A DNA stretch of 56,998 bases from Rozella allomycis CSF55 (taxonomy: Eukaryota): assembly GCA_000442015.1 (NCBI GenBank), contig KE561209.1, positions 555,607 through 612,604 of the forward strand, given 5' to 3'. Each line of letters begins with the position of its first letter. Positions within the stretch are counted from its first letter, which is position 1. Below the pieces are notes generated by a model. The model was not told the origin of the DNA. It was given only the letters and a program-made list of their open reading frames with translations, and did no database searches. The translations under genes were made by a program, and so were the position numbers. Of the stretch, positions 36,772-49,016 are shown in pieces.

Positions 36772-38417
36772 TTATTTTTGCGAAAAGATTAATCGATTGT
36801 AATATTTAATATTTCCTGCCGACATGAATTTATCCAAGGGCTCGTAACTCTTCACACCTAATAAAGTTCTATATTTTTTGATGAATGATTCTAACCGATC
36901 ATAAGATTTTGTGTATTCTATGGCTTCAAAATAAACATTTAAAGATTCGGACTTGATTGCTTCTCTATTTTTTAGAGAAATTTTGGTCTTCAAGTACAAA
37001 TCAAACAATTCAACTGCCGATAGTGGATCTTCTAACTGAAAGAACACCGTCGCCAATGTCGAACACAGAATATCATCCATGAAGACCATATTGTTTGATA
37101 GAATGTTATAAAATGCATAATCAACTGCAAATTCAAACTTTCCACTCTCTTTGCACAAGTCTAAAACTCTTTGATGAGTTAAAAGATCGGGCTCAGTCAT
37201 AACATCCACCCACACTTGCTTCTTTAATTCATTCATGCCTTAAAAAGTCTTGAACTATCTATTACCTTTCATAAAGTACATGTCTATTTCTTCTTTCTTG
37301 ATGATATCTGGTTTTGCGCTTTTCTTTAGTTTGCGAACTTCTTTCATGCAAGCAAGAAGGTAAACATTTAAAAGTTCCACTGGTGGATATTTATCAAGTA
37401 CAGAGAAAGAAAAGTTCATTATTTTTTCTTGCAATTAATTATTAAATGAAATACCTGTTAACTCAAATGAACCTTCAGGAAGATTCAAGCTAGCCTGCAT
37501 CAATATAGTTAGAGAAACTACATCAATATACTTTCTGTCAAGAGGAACAACTCCAGTCTCTTCTTTGGATGCAAGCTCTGTATCAAGCGGATTTAATGTC
37601 CGTGCAAAGTCATTAATATTCGCTACTTGCAGCATCAAATGCAGGTCTCCTATTCTCGAGAAAAACTTAATATTGCTAATCCAAATGATTACTTTGAGAA
37701 GAGAATTGATATAGTAATCCGTGATTTCTGGCTGGACTTGTTCCATGTATTTATTATGTAGACTGATAACTTTGCATCTATATTTCCTAACACTAACAAC
37801 CAAAGATTTCTTTTTTTCATCGATTTCAGGGGAGCCATTTATATAACGCAGTTTCACGAACTCTTCTACTACAGGCGACCTGCTAAATGCATCATAAATA
37901 CAAGCATAAGATGTAGCATTGGGCTTGATGCCCTTTATTTTCATCTATCTTGAAAAGTGTATTTGATTACTTTTGTAAACCAATGGTATACTTTATGCGT
38001 CTGTCCCTTTTTTGTGGCCTCGTGCATGACCAGATTAAAAAATTGAACAGTAAGAGGGTAAACCTTTTGCTCAACAATCACTCTAGCTATTGCATATATA
38101 TCTTTCATGCGATCTTTCTGGCCTAATTCTCGAATCTTCTCACAATACCATTGAATGCTTCGCTTGGTTTCCTCATTGTATTCAGCCCTTAGTATCCTTC
38201 TTTTCCAGTCTAAATAAATGGGGTCTTCTTCTTGTCTCTCTTGTTCTTCTTCAATATCTTGTTCGTCTTCGTAGTTAAGAATCTTTGGAGTTTCTTTTTT
38301 AGCCTCAATGATTCGAACGGAAACTTCAGCATTTTGGGTCACATAACATCGGCGTAATATTTGGCCCTTGGTGCCCAATCTTTTTAATTGGTGTAGGAAA
38401 GAGAAATATCTGATCAT
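36772..38417 (-). CDS. Mitochondrial pentatricopeptide-repeat-like protein
   Basis: Arg-rich presequence; FFNLVMHEATKKGQTHKVYHWFTK|MKIKGIKPNATSYACIY. Confidence 0.7.
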
Positions 38418-38462
38418 TTTGTCGTCTAAAATAGGAAGTCCAAAATTATGATTTATGAAAAT

Positions 38463-38915
38463 CTATTTATTGATCATATTCATGTTATTTGTCGGGCTTT
38501 CTGATTGCAAATGGTTTTGGTTTTTCGCTTTTAAAGCAGCGTTTGCAGCTGCATTTTCTTTTAAGTATTTGCCGATCACCGCTAGAGCTTGGTTTTGATC
38601 GGGACTCTCTTGTAAGATTTTCTTGATCATAGCTTTAACTTCGACCTTCTTATTTTCAAGATCTTTTGTTAGTCTTTCTACTTTTGTTTTCTCTTTTTCT
38701 ATTTCTTGTTGGTATTGGTTTAGGATACGAGTAAAGTGTTCTTTAGATGCTTTAGATTCACTGTATCCTTTCTTTATTAGTAATCCTCCAGTAAATCCTG
38801 CTCCCGCGCTTCCTAATCCTGCTAACACTAATTGGGGAGCTATCGGTTGAGACCAAAGGCGGGGTATGGCAATGAAGCTTAAAATGTAAATCCAGTAGTT
38901 CATTATTACTGGCAT
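38463..38915 (-). CDS. Small secreted or membrane coiled-coil protein
   Basis: Hydrophobic N-terminus, Gly-rich helix LAGLGSAGAGFTGGLLI, coiled coil. Confidence 0.5.
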   Translation of the reverse strand: MPVIMNYWIYILSFIAIPRLWSQPIAPQLVLAGLGSAGAGFTGGLLIKKGYSESKASKEHFTRILNQYQQEIEKEKTKVERLTKDLENKKVEVKAMIKKILQESPDQNQALAVIGKYLKENAAANAALKAKNQNHLQSESPTNNMNMINK

Positions 38916-39042
38916 ATGAACATTAGTCAGCTTATGTATGTAACTTGTTCACTTGCTGAACAGTGATATTTGACCAATAAAAATGTTGCCTATTAATAGC
39001 ACAAGATATAAAATTAAAAAGTCAAAAATTTATTTTTTACAA

Positions 39043-40883
39043 TTAATTAAGAGATCCTCTACATTTAGATGAACCACAACAGCAAGGGATCTTCTTTTCT
39101 TCTCTGGGAAATTTGTAGTCATACGTGATTTCTTCGCCTACCTGAATGGCCTTCTTTGCATAAAATACAATTTTCTTTTGGTTTTCGATTGTTATTATTT
39201 TCGCAACACAATTTGGCTATATTAAAGAATACAAATATCTACGTCACAAGAATGGTTTATAAATCGCGCCAGATTGCCTTTTTTCGTAGCATCTACTACG
39301 AGCTCATCATCAACACGAAAAAGGTAGCTACTTCCAATACCTTCTTTTTCATATCTTTTTTCTCTTGCTTCTGCTACTATGGCCCGAACTATTTCACCAA
39401 CATATTCAATGATCATGTCGCCTTGATCTATTTGTTCTAATGTGAATAGGCCCCAAGCATGAATCATCGATTTATCAAATTTGAGATTTTTCTTTCGCAT
39501 TCGCATGGAATTGTACTTCATTAAATCAGAATTTCCTTGTCCTGGATGCAGAAGTTGTCTATTCAGCCGTCGTTGATCTCTGCTCGAATGATTGGCATTT
39601 AAATTTTCTGATTTCTTTAAAGTCTCAACTTTTAGGCGCTGAAATTCAATTTTCTGCTTTTTCGAAAATTGGAATATCCCTTCGGTGCGCGCGCATCCAG
39701 TCTCACATTTAACATGATCTTTAACCTGATCAATAAGTGGAAGAGCTGGCTTATTTATAATATTTTCGGGTTCGCTATCAGATGATTCTTCGTATTCTTT
39801 ATTGACCTGTTTTGTTTTACTAGTTTTCGATTTGCCCAGCTTTCTGATATCAATGTTATTCTTTAACGCCTATAATTATTAGAAGATCATTTTACCAGAG
39901 GAAATTTAGAATTGTCTTGTTCTTGCTCTGGCTTTGGAAAATGTCGATTCAAAAACGAATCGATTACAGGACCACACCAATCGAAAATCAAATCTTTCAA
40001 AATAACTCTTTGCAATTGTCTTCGCAATAAATATTTTGTCTCGTCAATTAATTCATCTTCTTCTTCAAATTTGAAGGTGATTTTTTGGCAGTTTTCATGA
40101 AGGCTTCTACCGTTGTACATATTGTAGCATTGACGCATGTCATTTTTAGAGTCAAAGTATAGTAAAACACTTCTACTTGATATTACAACCATTTGCAATA
40201 AAAATATGATCTTACTTGGTAAATAGAAACATCTATAAATGCTTTTCTAATATCTTCCTTGTCAAACGATCTTGGAATACATTTCAATGAAATTTTAAGG
40301 CAAGGATATATTCTATTAATTCTCTCACCTCTTTTATTCTCTTGTCTTCTCTTGTCTTCTTTCCTAATTGAATATTCTGGTGTCTCATTTTTCATTCGAC
40401 TTAATGATTTCTTTTGCTCTTCATATATTTGACCTAAGTATGAAGAATTTATATGGTCTTTTACAATTTTTGTCATATTTAACATTAAAGTCCGATTGAG
40501 CGCAATTTACAGCTTTCCTCGCCATTGAATAATCCACATATTCTACAGATGCAAATCCCATAAAGATCCCAGTAGATAAATCTCTTAATAGCTTGACACT
40601 TTGAATCTCTCCGTAATCAGAAAATTTAGCCTTCACATATGATTCTGTCACTTGGTTATGCCTAAACCCTGTAATTAAAACTGTGTTTGGCGGTTTTTCT
40701 TGAATAGAATATTCATCCCACTATTTTAATATTAAAATTACTATCTACTANCGAGGCAGAGCAGGCGGAACAAACCGATTGCGAGGATCACGAAGAGTTT
40801 CCGAATCTATAGACTACTTTAAAAATTACTCGTTGTTTTACGAAAAGAGTGTTCTTCTTACTCAAATCTACTCGGAACTTCAT
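39043..40883 (-). CDS. SET1: SET1 H3K4 methyltransferase
   Basis: [11 protein letters not shown] (N-SET); [30 protein letters not shown]; post-SET CRGSLN. Confidence 0.95.
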
Positions 40884-41000
40884 TTGTGAAATTTAAAATT
40901 AAAAAAATGGCCTAAAAATAGAAAAAATCACGTTCACGATACATGAACATTTCAAACATATATAAAAAAGTCGGCGAGCGTGATATTTATTTTATTTTGA

Positions 41001-42326
41001 ATGGATTATGAACTTTTCATGACTTTATTAGACTCATGTCTAAGACTAATGACTTTTATCTCTATACTCTCTTCAGTTACCCTTATAGCAGTCTTCATTA
41101 TATGGAGACAGTTTCAGAACACTCAAAACAGAATAATAATGTTTATGGCGATCAGTATTCTAATTTCTACATTTGTCAATTCGTTTGGAACTTCGACCAT
41201 GTATTTAGGAAAAGCATCATTGGCGTGCCGGATTCAAACAATATTATTTCAATGGATGGGGCTATCATCTTGCTTTTGGATTCTTGCGTTTCATGTTAAC
41301 ATCTTTTTGACAGTATATACCAAACTTTCAGTTCGAGCAATAAGATACTTGGAAATTTTATACCATCTTCTATGTTGGGGCGGCCCTTTGTTACTTGCTT
41401 TGATTTCTAACAATACGGACAAGATTGAAACCGGCATTTGGTGCGAACTTAACACAACTGAAAAGTTTGGGGCCTTCTATGCGCCAATTTGGACTATTTT
41501 CATTATTCAGGTGGTAGTATATATCTCTGTTGGTAGAAGACTATGGTGGTCCCCATTAAATATCCGATATACATGGAGTAGACCTAGTATTGATGTCAAT
41601 GAATCCAAATCTCTTTTGGGAAATTCAAATACAAGAAAAATTAAAATCCTTGATACCAGCTTTACTATGATATCAGCTTATTTTTTGGTTTGGATAATTC
41701 CTACAGTTTATGACATCTCCTTCATTTTATCGAATAGCAAATCAGGAAAAATATTTAGAGATCAAAATAGGATTCTATATGGCTTAAAAGCTATCTCTAT
41801 TCTTCTTGGGGGAGGGATTTTGTGTCTTGTTTACCTTCGTTGGGCCGTAAGATCAGTGGAACAATTCAAAAGTTATTTATTCCGACAAAAATTTGGACCG
41901 TTATTTGAAAAATCTCCTGCATATGTCATGAGAGAATCAGTTCCGATATTGAAGCAAAATACTTTGAATAGTGAAAAACGACCATCAGAAGCGCATTCAC
42001 TAATGCCCGGCATGCAACAAAATCACATAGTCGTGGCATTGTATTCATACGAAGCTGAAAGGAACGATGAGTTGAATTTGTTGGAAAACGATAGAATAGT
42101 TTTGGTAGAGACGCCAAGAGGCGGCTGGTTCAAAGGTTACAAGGAGTCAGATCCAAATCAGTTGGGTTGGTTCCCCTCTCACTTTGTTTGGCCAATTGGT
42201 CCCAACAGTGCAAGACCAAGCTTTTTCATTGGCACCGATACCACGGAATCTACAGAAGATGACGAACGCACAACGTATCAAAATAAGTTGTCGTCTTTCT
42301 CTGAAAATTACAAACATTATTATTAA
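41001..42326 (+). CDS. cAMP-receptor-like 7TM GPCR with a C-terminal SH3 domain
   Basis: Seven hydrophobic helices, CRIQ..Q, YHLLCWGGP, GIWC, FYAPIW; SH3 ALYSYEAERNDEL..GGWF..GWFPSHFV. Confidence 0.85.
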   Translation: MDYELFMTLLDSCLRLMTFISILSSVTLIAVFIIWRQFQNTQNRIIMFMAISILISTFVNSFGTSTMYLGKASLACRIQTILFQWMGLSSCFWILAFHVNIFLTVYTKLSVRAIRYLEILYHLLCWGGPLLLALISNNTDKIETGIWCELNTTEKFGAFYAPIWTIFIIQVVVYISVGRRLWWSPLNIRYTWSRPSIDVNESKSLLGNSNTRKIKILDTSFTMISAYFLVWIIPTVYDISFILSNSKSGKIFRDQNRILYGLKAISILLGGGILCLVYLRWAVRSVEQFKSYLFRQKFGPLFEKSPAYVMRESVPILKQNTLNSEKRPSEAHSLMPGMQQNHIVVALYSYEAERNDELNLLENDRIVLVETPRGGWFKGYKESDPNQLGWFPSHFVWPIGPNSARPSFFIGTDTTESTEDDERTTYQNKLSSFSENYKHYY

Positions 42327-42411
42327 TTTCAAATAAACTTTAAAAGACTGGAGATTTATTGAGATAAGCTTTTTCATACTATAATAAGTTTCTTCGATGA
42401 ATATCTTTTTC

Positions 42412-43670
42412 ATGGATTGGCATAAGGTGGAGAAATATGGTGACGACTCTTCACCATCAATTAGTAACGAGTCTAGTAAATGATAAATGAAATTCTCATA
42501 TAGGCGAGGAAGAGATTTCTGCTGTTCAATTGAATGATGTTTTAGCTTCTGATGACAATTCTACGTACCTTACCTTGGTTGGATCGTCAGAACAGCCTGT
42601 GGACTCGCTTTATTTACCTGGTCTTACAGACAGAGCATTTTACTCTCAATTTGAGCTCGGGGTATTTAGAATTCAGAATTTGAATAACTTCATTGCCAAG
42701 TTAGTTAATAATGGGTTAAAGTCCGTAATCATTTTCGACACTCGAGCATGCATGTATGAATGGGTTCATAATAATCCATTATCTCTAATTAACAAATTTG
42801 TTACATTGTAATTGTTGTGGGGTTTATTTAGGCAGTTGTTGTGTTAGTAATGTTCCGAAAACATCAAGCGCAGTTTCAATTTATGTTTCGGGTATTGAGC
42901 GTCATAAGAATATTCTTCGTGTGGAATATCAAAAAAACAGTTACTTTGTCATCGCGGATGAGGGAAACAACATGGAAAACGAGGAAATGAATTTGATACA
43001 GCTTTTGAAAACATCTAAAGTCAGAAAGATTTGGAAAAACAGGACTATATTTATGGTTATTTCTTTAGCCCTAACGTTTATTTTGATATTTGCATGTTCT
43101 GAACCCGAGCCGATTTCTAACAACAGATATTCATTGACTGACAAACGGACATTTATTACGTTTGATGATTTAAAGTCCAATAATACGCGTCATTTTACCG
43201 CTACCAAATATTCAGACGAGTATCGCGGAAACACAACGACGAATACCAAAAGTTGGATTAATCATAAACTAGAAAATAATGTCTTGTCAGGCAGAAAATG
43301 GTTGGCTAGAACTGCATTGACTATAAAAACTACAGTTATGACATTTATAGCCTACATTACGAATCAATTCATTGCGCTCTATAACTTTGCCACGTATCTT
43401 GTTGAAGGCTTTTTTTCTTTCATGAAAGGGGTTTTCCTTGCTGCAAAAAATGTTTTGTTTGCAATACATGGTCAGACTAGCCATGAAAAGGTTGGTCGAC
43501 ATTATAAGCCAGATTGCTCCAGAAATAATACAATAAGTAGACGAAACTTATATTTTTTATATATAGAGGAGGGAAAAGTTGTTGATGTAGAAGTGTTTTC
43601 TGGTAGAAACCTAATAATAGGGGGATTGATTGCAGTTTTATCGCTTTCACCATTGTTATTCATGTGTTAA
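42412..43670 (+). CDS. Hypothetical membrane protein
   Basis: Spliced start MDWHKVEK; TM IFMVISLALTFILIF and a C-terminal TM; internal splice junction uncertain. Confidence 0.45.
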
Positions 43671-43708
43671 AAATGTGAATGTAAATAAATTGTTTTGAAA
43701 AGTATAAT

Positions 43709-44806
43709 TTATTTTCTTGTTTCCGGTGAAGGAGTTCTCGATAATTGTCGATCTTCACGGGAACGGCTTCGTCTTCTGTGGTTCGAACGACTTCTTTCCC
43801 TTGAATAATAATGTTTTCTAGAACGATCAGATCTTCTTCTATGCCTTGAAGTACTTCTACTGCGCTCTCGTCTGTCCCGAGAACGACGTCTATGTCTGTC
43901 CCGAGAAAGTGATCTATCGGAAGAGTAAGACCGACGACTACGGCGTCTTTCCCTGTCCGCAGATATTTCAAGATCTCTATCTCTCGAGGAATCCCTCTTT
44001 CTAACACGATCTCTAGAGCGAGACCGCCTTGTTTCCCTTGTCCTTTCAGGTATTTTATAAAATTCTTCCATGTAAAGCTTCTTAGGATTAACGAAAATGT
44101 GTAAGAAGGAACATTGAGGTCCTTTTGAGCATCGATCTTGTAAGTATTGGCCTATTATAATCAATTTCAAAAATTACGACACACTGCGTTAAACCATTTT
44201 AAAACGGGGGCGAATTCAATATACAATGGCTTTCCAGCATAAAACCTACCAGATAATGCTTGATAGGCATTCCACGACGATTCAAGCTGTGAAAATTCAA
44301 CGTATACATGCCCTCTCAAATGTACCATTTTATTTTTAGTAACCTTTACTGCATTAAATATGTATTGTTACGTATAGCCGGGTGATTGCACCAAATTTAG
44401 TCAATTCCTCATGAACATCATGGAAAAACTCCTCAAATTCTTCTTGGCTTTCTTCTTTATCCCTAGCAAGAGGATTCATTTGAATAGCTATATCATTATA
44501 CATGTGATGAATCAATAAGGTTTTCGATACTTTTGGCCTAGGGTGTTCTTTGGAGCATCTTCCCCCAAATTTGCATAATCCGGTCTTCAAGTAGAAAAAG
44601 CAGTACTTTTGATCATCGCGATATAAATCTTCGATGGGCCTAGCATCAAAATTAGAAAGATCGGGAACTGCTATGGTTGGTATTCTAACCATTGGCTCTT
44701 GGTAAATTTCATCTTCTTTCGTATCATTTTCTTTGTTTTTTTCTTCCAAAATGAGAGATTCCTATAGTTTTTAAGATAGTACATTCCTTACCCAATCTGT
44801 TTTCAT
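43709..44806 (-). CDS. ZRSR2: ZRSR2/URP (U2AF35-related) splicing factor
   Basis: CFFYLKTGLCKFGGRCSKEH; UHM HLRGHVYVEF..GRFYAGK..PVLKWFNAVC (ZRSR-type); RS tail. Confidence 0.8.
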
Positions 44807-44970
44807 GATATGGAATTTTCAGAATTGTGTTTGTTGTTTGTAGAGCCTTGCTTCGTCCCATTTCGCATCAAACTGTCATATAAAGATACCGATGCCAATT
44901 AAATCAAAATTATTTATGTCAGTATCTGCCAAACACTTACAAGTATTGCTCCGTTCGTCTCATTTTTATC

Positions 44971-45710
44971 ATGAAGTCTATTCTCTTTTTAAGTGCATTA
45001 TCCGCTACTGCTATCGCTGGTAATATAGGATATGCGTTCATATAGAATCATTCCAAGTAAATTATGCAAACTATGGATATACCCATAACAATGGGAAGTA
45101 TGGTTTAAATGGTGGACGCTATGTTGGAAATCACGCGAAATGGAAGAGCGTTTTAAAAAATGACTTTAAATCTGATAAGTATGAGAAGGAAGACTATGAA
45201 AGCACCTCCAATTTCGACTCTATCGGTTCAGCTAGGTACGATAGTGATGTTCCTTATTACCAATCAAAGTCATCCAACTATTTAGATTATAGCGACGAGT
45301 TTACTGCCCAAAAATCGTATATTGAAGACCGAAAAGATCAATATTATAGTGAAAGTGAAGGAAAACGAAAATCAAATAAGGGGAAAAACTACTATGCTAA
45401 GAAAAGCAATGGTATCAAAGAATTCGGAGATAAATTCAATGAAAAGTACAGTGAAGATGATTATGACAATGAGGATTGTTATGACTCAATCTATGGAAAG
45501 TCTTATAGTGAGAGCGAATATCCACTCGAAAATTGTGATTACGACAGTGATTTTAGCACTGACTTTTACATTCCCTATAGAGTATACGATTTTTATGGAC
45601 ATCCCTTTGAATTGAGAAAGAAATTTTCCTACGAGTATGAGCAGAATAAACGTGGCAGTAATCATGGCAGAAGAAATCACGGCCACTTGAATTATAAGCA
45701 CGGATACTAA
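44971..45710 (+). CDS. Secreted Tyr/Lys/Asp-rich protein with His tail (complete family member)
   Basis: MKSILFLSALSATAIA, intron 45020-45045, ...FYIPYRVYDFYGHP...NHGRRNHGHLNYKHGY stop. Confidence 0.8.
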
Positions 45711-45765
45711 CTAAATAAATTATTTATTCTTGCAAAGTGTCTTCTTTAAATTTTGGGATTAAATT

Positions 45766-47544
45766 AGTTAGCGATTCATTGCGATAACAAAGAACTTGTT
45801 CGTGGACTGAAAACGTGATATTGATGGATTCACAAATTCAATTTGCTATTTAAAATTTTAATTATTTTTTATTTGCTTTTTTAAATTGCTTCCTGGTAAA
45901 GAAGCTTTGATTTTTTCGAATTTAGCTGACAGAGTATTTGCCGGCTCCTTAAACTTTAAAGATCTAGTCGAGTCCACTGAGAATGTTGGTGAATTAGGCG
46001 CGGATTCATTTAGTGATGAAGATCCATCCATGATTTCAATTGGGATTTTAGGTTCGTTTTTATACACCGCTAATTTAAAGTGCTTGTATATAAAAGATAA
46101 AATCCAAAACATACCAGCAATTCCAATATTTGTGAATAATTGATATTACCTGTCAAAAGCCAGCTTAATAGAATGTAATAAACGCTCTCTAAAGATACTA
46201 AAGATTTTTTATCCTTTCTATAAAGTCCGTCATTGATAGAATCATTCTATGAAGAAAAAACCAAAGTTTTACTTGTAATTCTCTTTTGTATCCTTCTGTA
46301 AATGATGAAAAAGATTGAATTTGGTCATTGTATTCTTTGAGTTTGGCGCTCAAACTTTTCATTTTCAATAGACTTAATTACCTTCTATGAATGTCTTTTA
46401 TAGCCAGGGCCTTTAATTCCGTTGCCTTCAATTTCTGTAAATGGGATTTGGCGGTCTCGCTTAACTGTGCCAAATTGGTTTCTTGTTCGGAATAATGAGA
46501 CATGAAAAAATCTATTTTTTCATTTTTGCGCTTTAATTTGAGAATCGTTTCTTCAAGCCTTAAAATCATACTGTCATAATCTTTGAGCAAGCCTAGATAT
46601 TCGTTGTTGATTAATTCGTTATTTTGGCTATTAGAAAATACATTTAAAATCTACTTCTTGAGCTCAAATTTGTATCCCTTTATTACAAAAGGACTTGAAG
46701 GAACCAATTCTACACTCCTAAGTGTTTCATTGGAGGCCACTTTGGAGTCAAGATTTAATATATTCTATAATTTTAGTAAACATGTACGCTTTTACGCTAT
46801 TTGATTTATATTTTGATTTATTATGGAAATCTGAGGAAATATCAGAGTCATTAGATGAAACGCTTTTTAAATCTTCTAGCCGTTTTTTGAACATCCTCTT
46901 TGATCCCTCACCATGATTTGCGAAATCAGGTATTGTCCCGTTTTCATTTCTCAAATGATAAAATTCTTCTGATCCAGGGTTTTGCTATTAATTTGTTGTT
47001 TATAATTTACCAGCTTTGGGCTGAGCGTGTTTTTAAGCTTCTCTTTAATTTTCTTGATGCTTTTACTAGAATTTCGTTTCTATTGTTATTCAATTAAAAC
47101 TTTGTTTGTACAAATTGCTGTGAGATACTTCGCCCTAGATCCTTTTTCTCGCCTTCGACACGAAGGGTATGATATTTAGTTGGAGTAGAGGGAACTTCTA
47201 CTGATTTTGTATTAGCTGGCACAGAGTTTGTTCTTTTATGAGATGGAAGGTCCTAATTTTTCTTTCCTTGGATATTTACCATCAACATCACGGTACGCCG
47301 CGGTGTTTCTGGTGAGCCCATTTGACTGGTTGACTCCAATGTTTGTATTTTATTGAACAAGTCTTTATACTTTGACGCGAAATAGTTCTTCATGTCCTCT
47401 GATTTTTGTAGAGTTTCTATGTGATATTGCATATTGATAGCAGATACGCTGGCTAACTTCTTCTATTTTCGATTCAACGTCTTTATTATCATCATCTGCT
47501 TTAAGAATTGTATTCTCTTTTCCTTCGTGCACTTTGTCATCCAT
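45766..47544 (-). CDS. Hypothetical coiled-coil protein with C-terminal TM; boundaries approximate
   Basis: Chain of minus-strand exons (47365, 46748, 46378 and 45858 ORFs). Confidence 0.45.
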
Positions 47545-47579
47545 TTCATTAATGAAATTTACAACGTGAAAGCAATTAC

Positions 47580-47926
47580 TGTTGTTATTTAACATGTTAT
47601 TAACGGTTAATAACGGTTAATTAACCGTTAATTAACTTTATTAGTCGTCGCTGTGTGACTTATCGCCACCATCCCCAGATAATGTTTTTTTTCAAAATAT
47701 ATCAACTTTTTTATTGATTGGAATCTTCCGTGTCAAGAACATACAGGTAAAAGGCCTGTGGTGTATGAATTGCCGGGAAAAATATATTTTTTTTGGATTT
47801 TATCGCTTTCTATATTTAGTACCACTTGTTATTTAACAGGTTAATTATAAATCATAAAGTTAATTAACACGTTAATAACCGTTATTAACATGTTAATTAA
47901 CACTCTGTTATTAACACATAACAACA
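47580..47926. mobile_element. MITE-like element or inverted-repeat array of GTTA(A/T)TAAC palindromes
   Basis: 47589-47645 is an imperfect reverse complement of about 47851-47895; outer TGTTGTTAT pairs with ATAACAACA; no clear target-site duplication. Confidence 0.5.
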
Positions 47927-48100
47927 TTAAAAGCAATCCAATTCTTTGTACATGGGTATAATCATGATTTCTATTAGGAGACCTAATATCAAACAAATTA
48001 TCAAGTGTCAATATTAAAAAGATTATAGTTTCATTTACAGTTTTATTAAATTTGCATGAAAAGTCTCAATTTCGATTTAGGAAATTTCGTGTTTATTTCA

Positions 48101-48890
48101 ATGGCAAAAAAGAAGAAAGGAAAGATGAGACCATTTTGCTGGTATTGCGACAGAGACTTTGATGATGAAAAGGTACTTATTCAACATCAGAAAGCAAAGC
48201 ATTTTAAATGCCATGTTTGCCATAAAAAACTAAACTCTATAACAGGAATGGCTATTCACGTGGCCCAAGTCCATAAAGAAAGCATTGATAAGTATTAAAA
48301 ATTTGGATTTTAATATAATAGGGTACCAAATTCTATCAAAGGAAGAGAAAGTATAGAAATCGAAGTTCATGGCATGGAAAACATACCGCCAGAAGAACTT
48401 GCAAGAAGATATGGTGACCTTAATGCAACAAGTACACTCTCAAGGATAGCTTCAGATTCTTACCCGCCTACGGAGAGCAGTGTTATATCTCCTTATCAGA
48501 CGACCGAAAGTATTTTAACACCTTATTCAATTGATCAGTCATACAACCAGTCCAATGATTCATTGTCCATGCCTGCATATACACCAATTGACAAGACTGT
48601 AGATTTTAATTATCAAACAAACGGTACAGACACACAGTATTCTTATGGTTACGCTGCCGCTGCACTAGCAGCACCTAAAGTTGAGGAGAAGCCAGCGAAT
48701 GATAGATTTGGATTTGCAAATCCTTCTTTTCTTAAAAAAGAAATTGCTGCGATTTCAACAGTACCCAAGTCGAAAGAACCATTCATGGTCTATGCAGATG
48801 AATTATTGTCAGTGGTAAATATTATTCAATCACCATGATATCTAGGAAGAAAAAAGGGCAAGTCTTCCTGTGTACAGACATAAATCGTAG
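48101..48890 (+). CDS. ZNF207: ZNF207/BuGZ
   Basis: [46 protein letters not shown]. Confidence 0.95.
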
Positions 48891-49016
48891 AGTTCCCTTT
48901 TAATGGACTCGTTCAGATCATACATTTCATTGAATAATAAACGAATATTTTTATAAATTGCTTCATATTATCAATAATCACTGATGGATTAACCCTTGCA
49001 ATTTGTTATTTGTACC

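Noticed and set aside
40278-40292. ATATCCTT on the minus strand as a U12 donor in SET1
   Set aside because: It falls in an open coding stretch (IYPCL) with no need for an intron
44807-44880. In-frame TGA upstream of the ZRSR2 start as possible readthrough
   Set aside because: Upstream similarity is too weak; TGA acts as a normal stop elsewhere in the window
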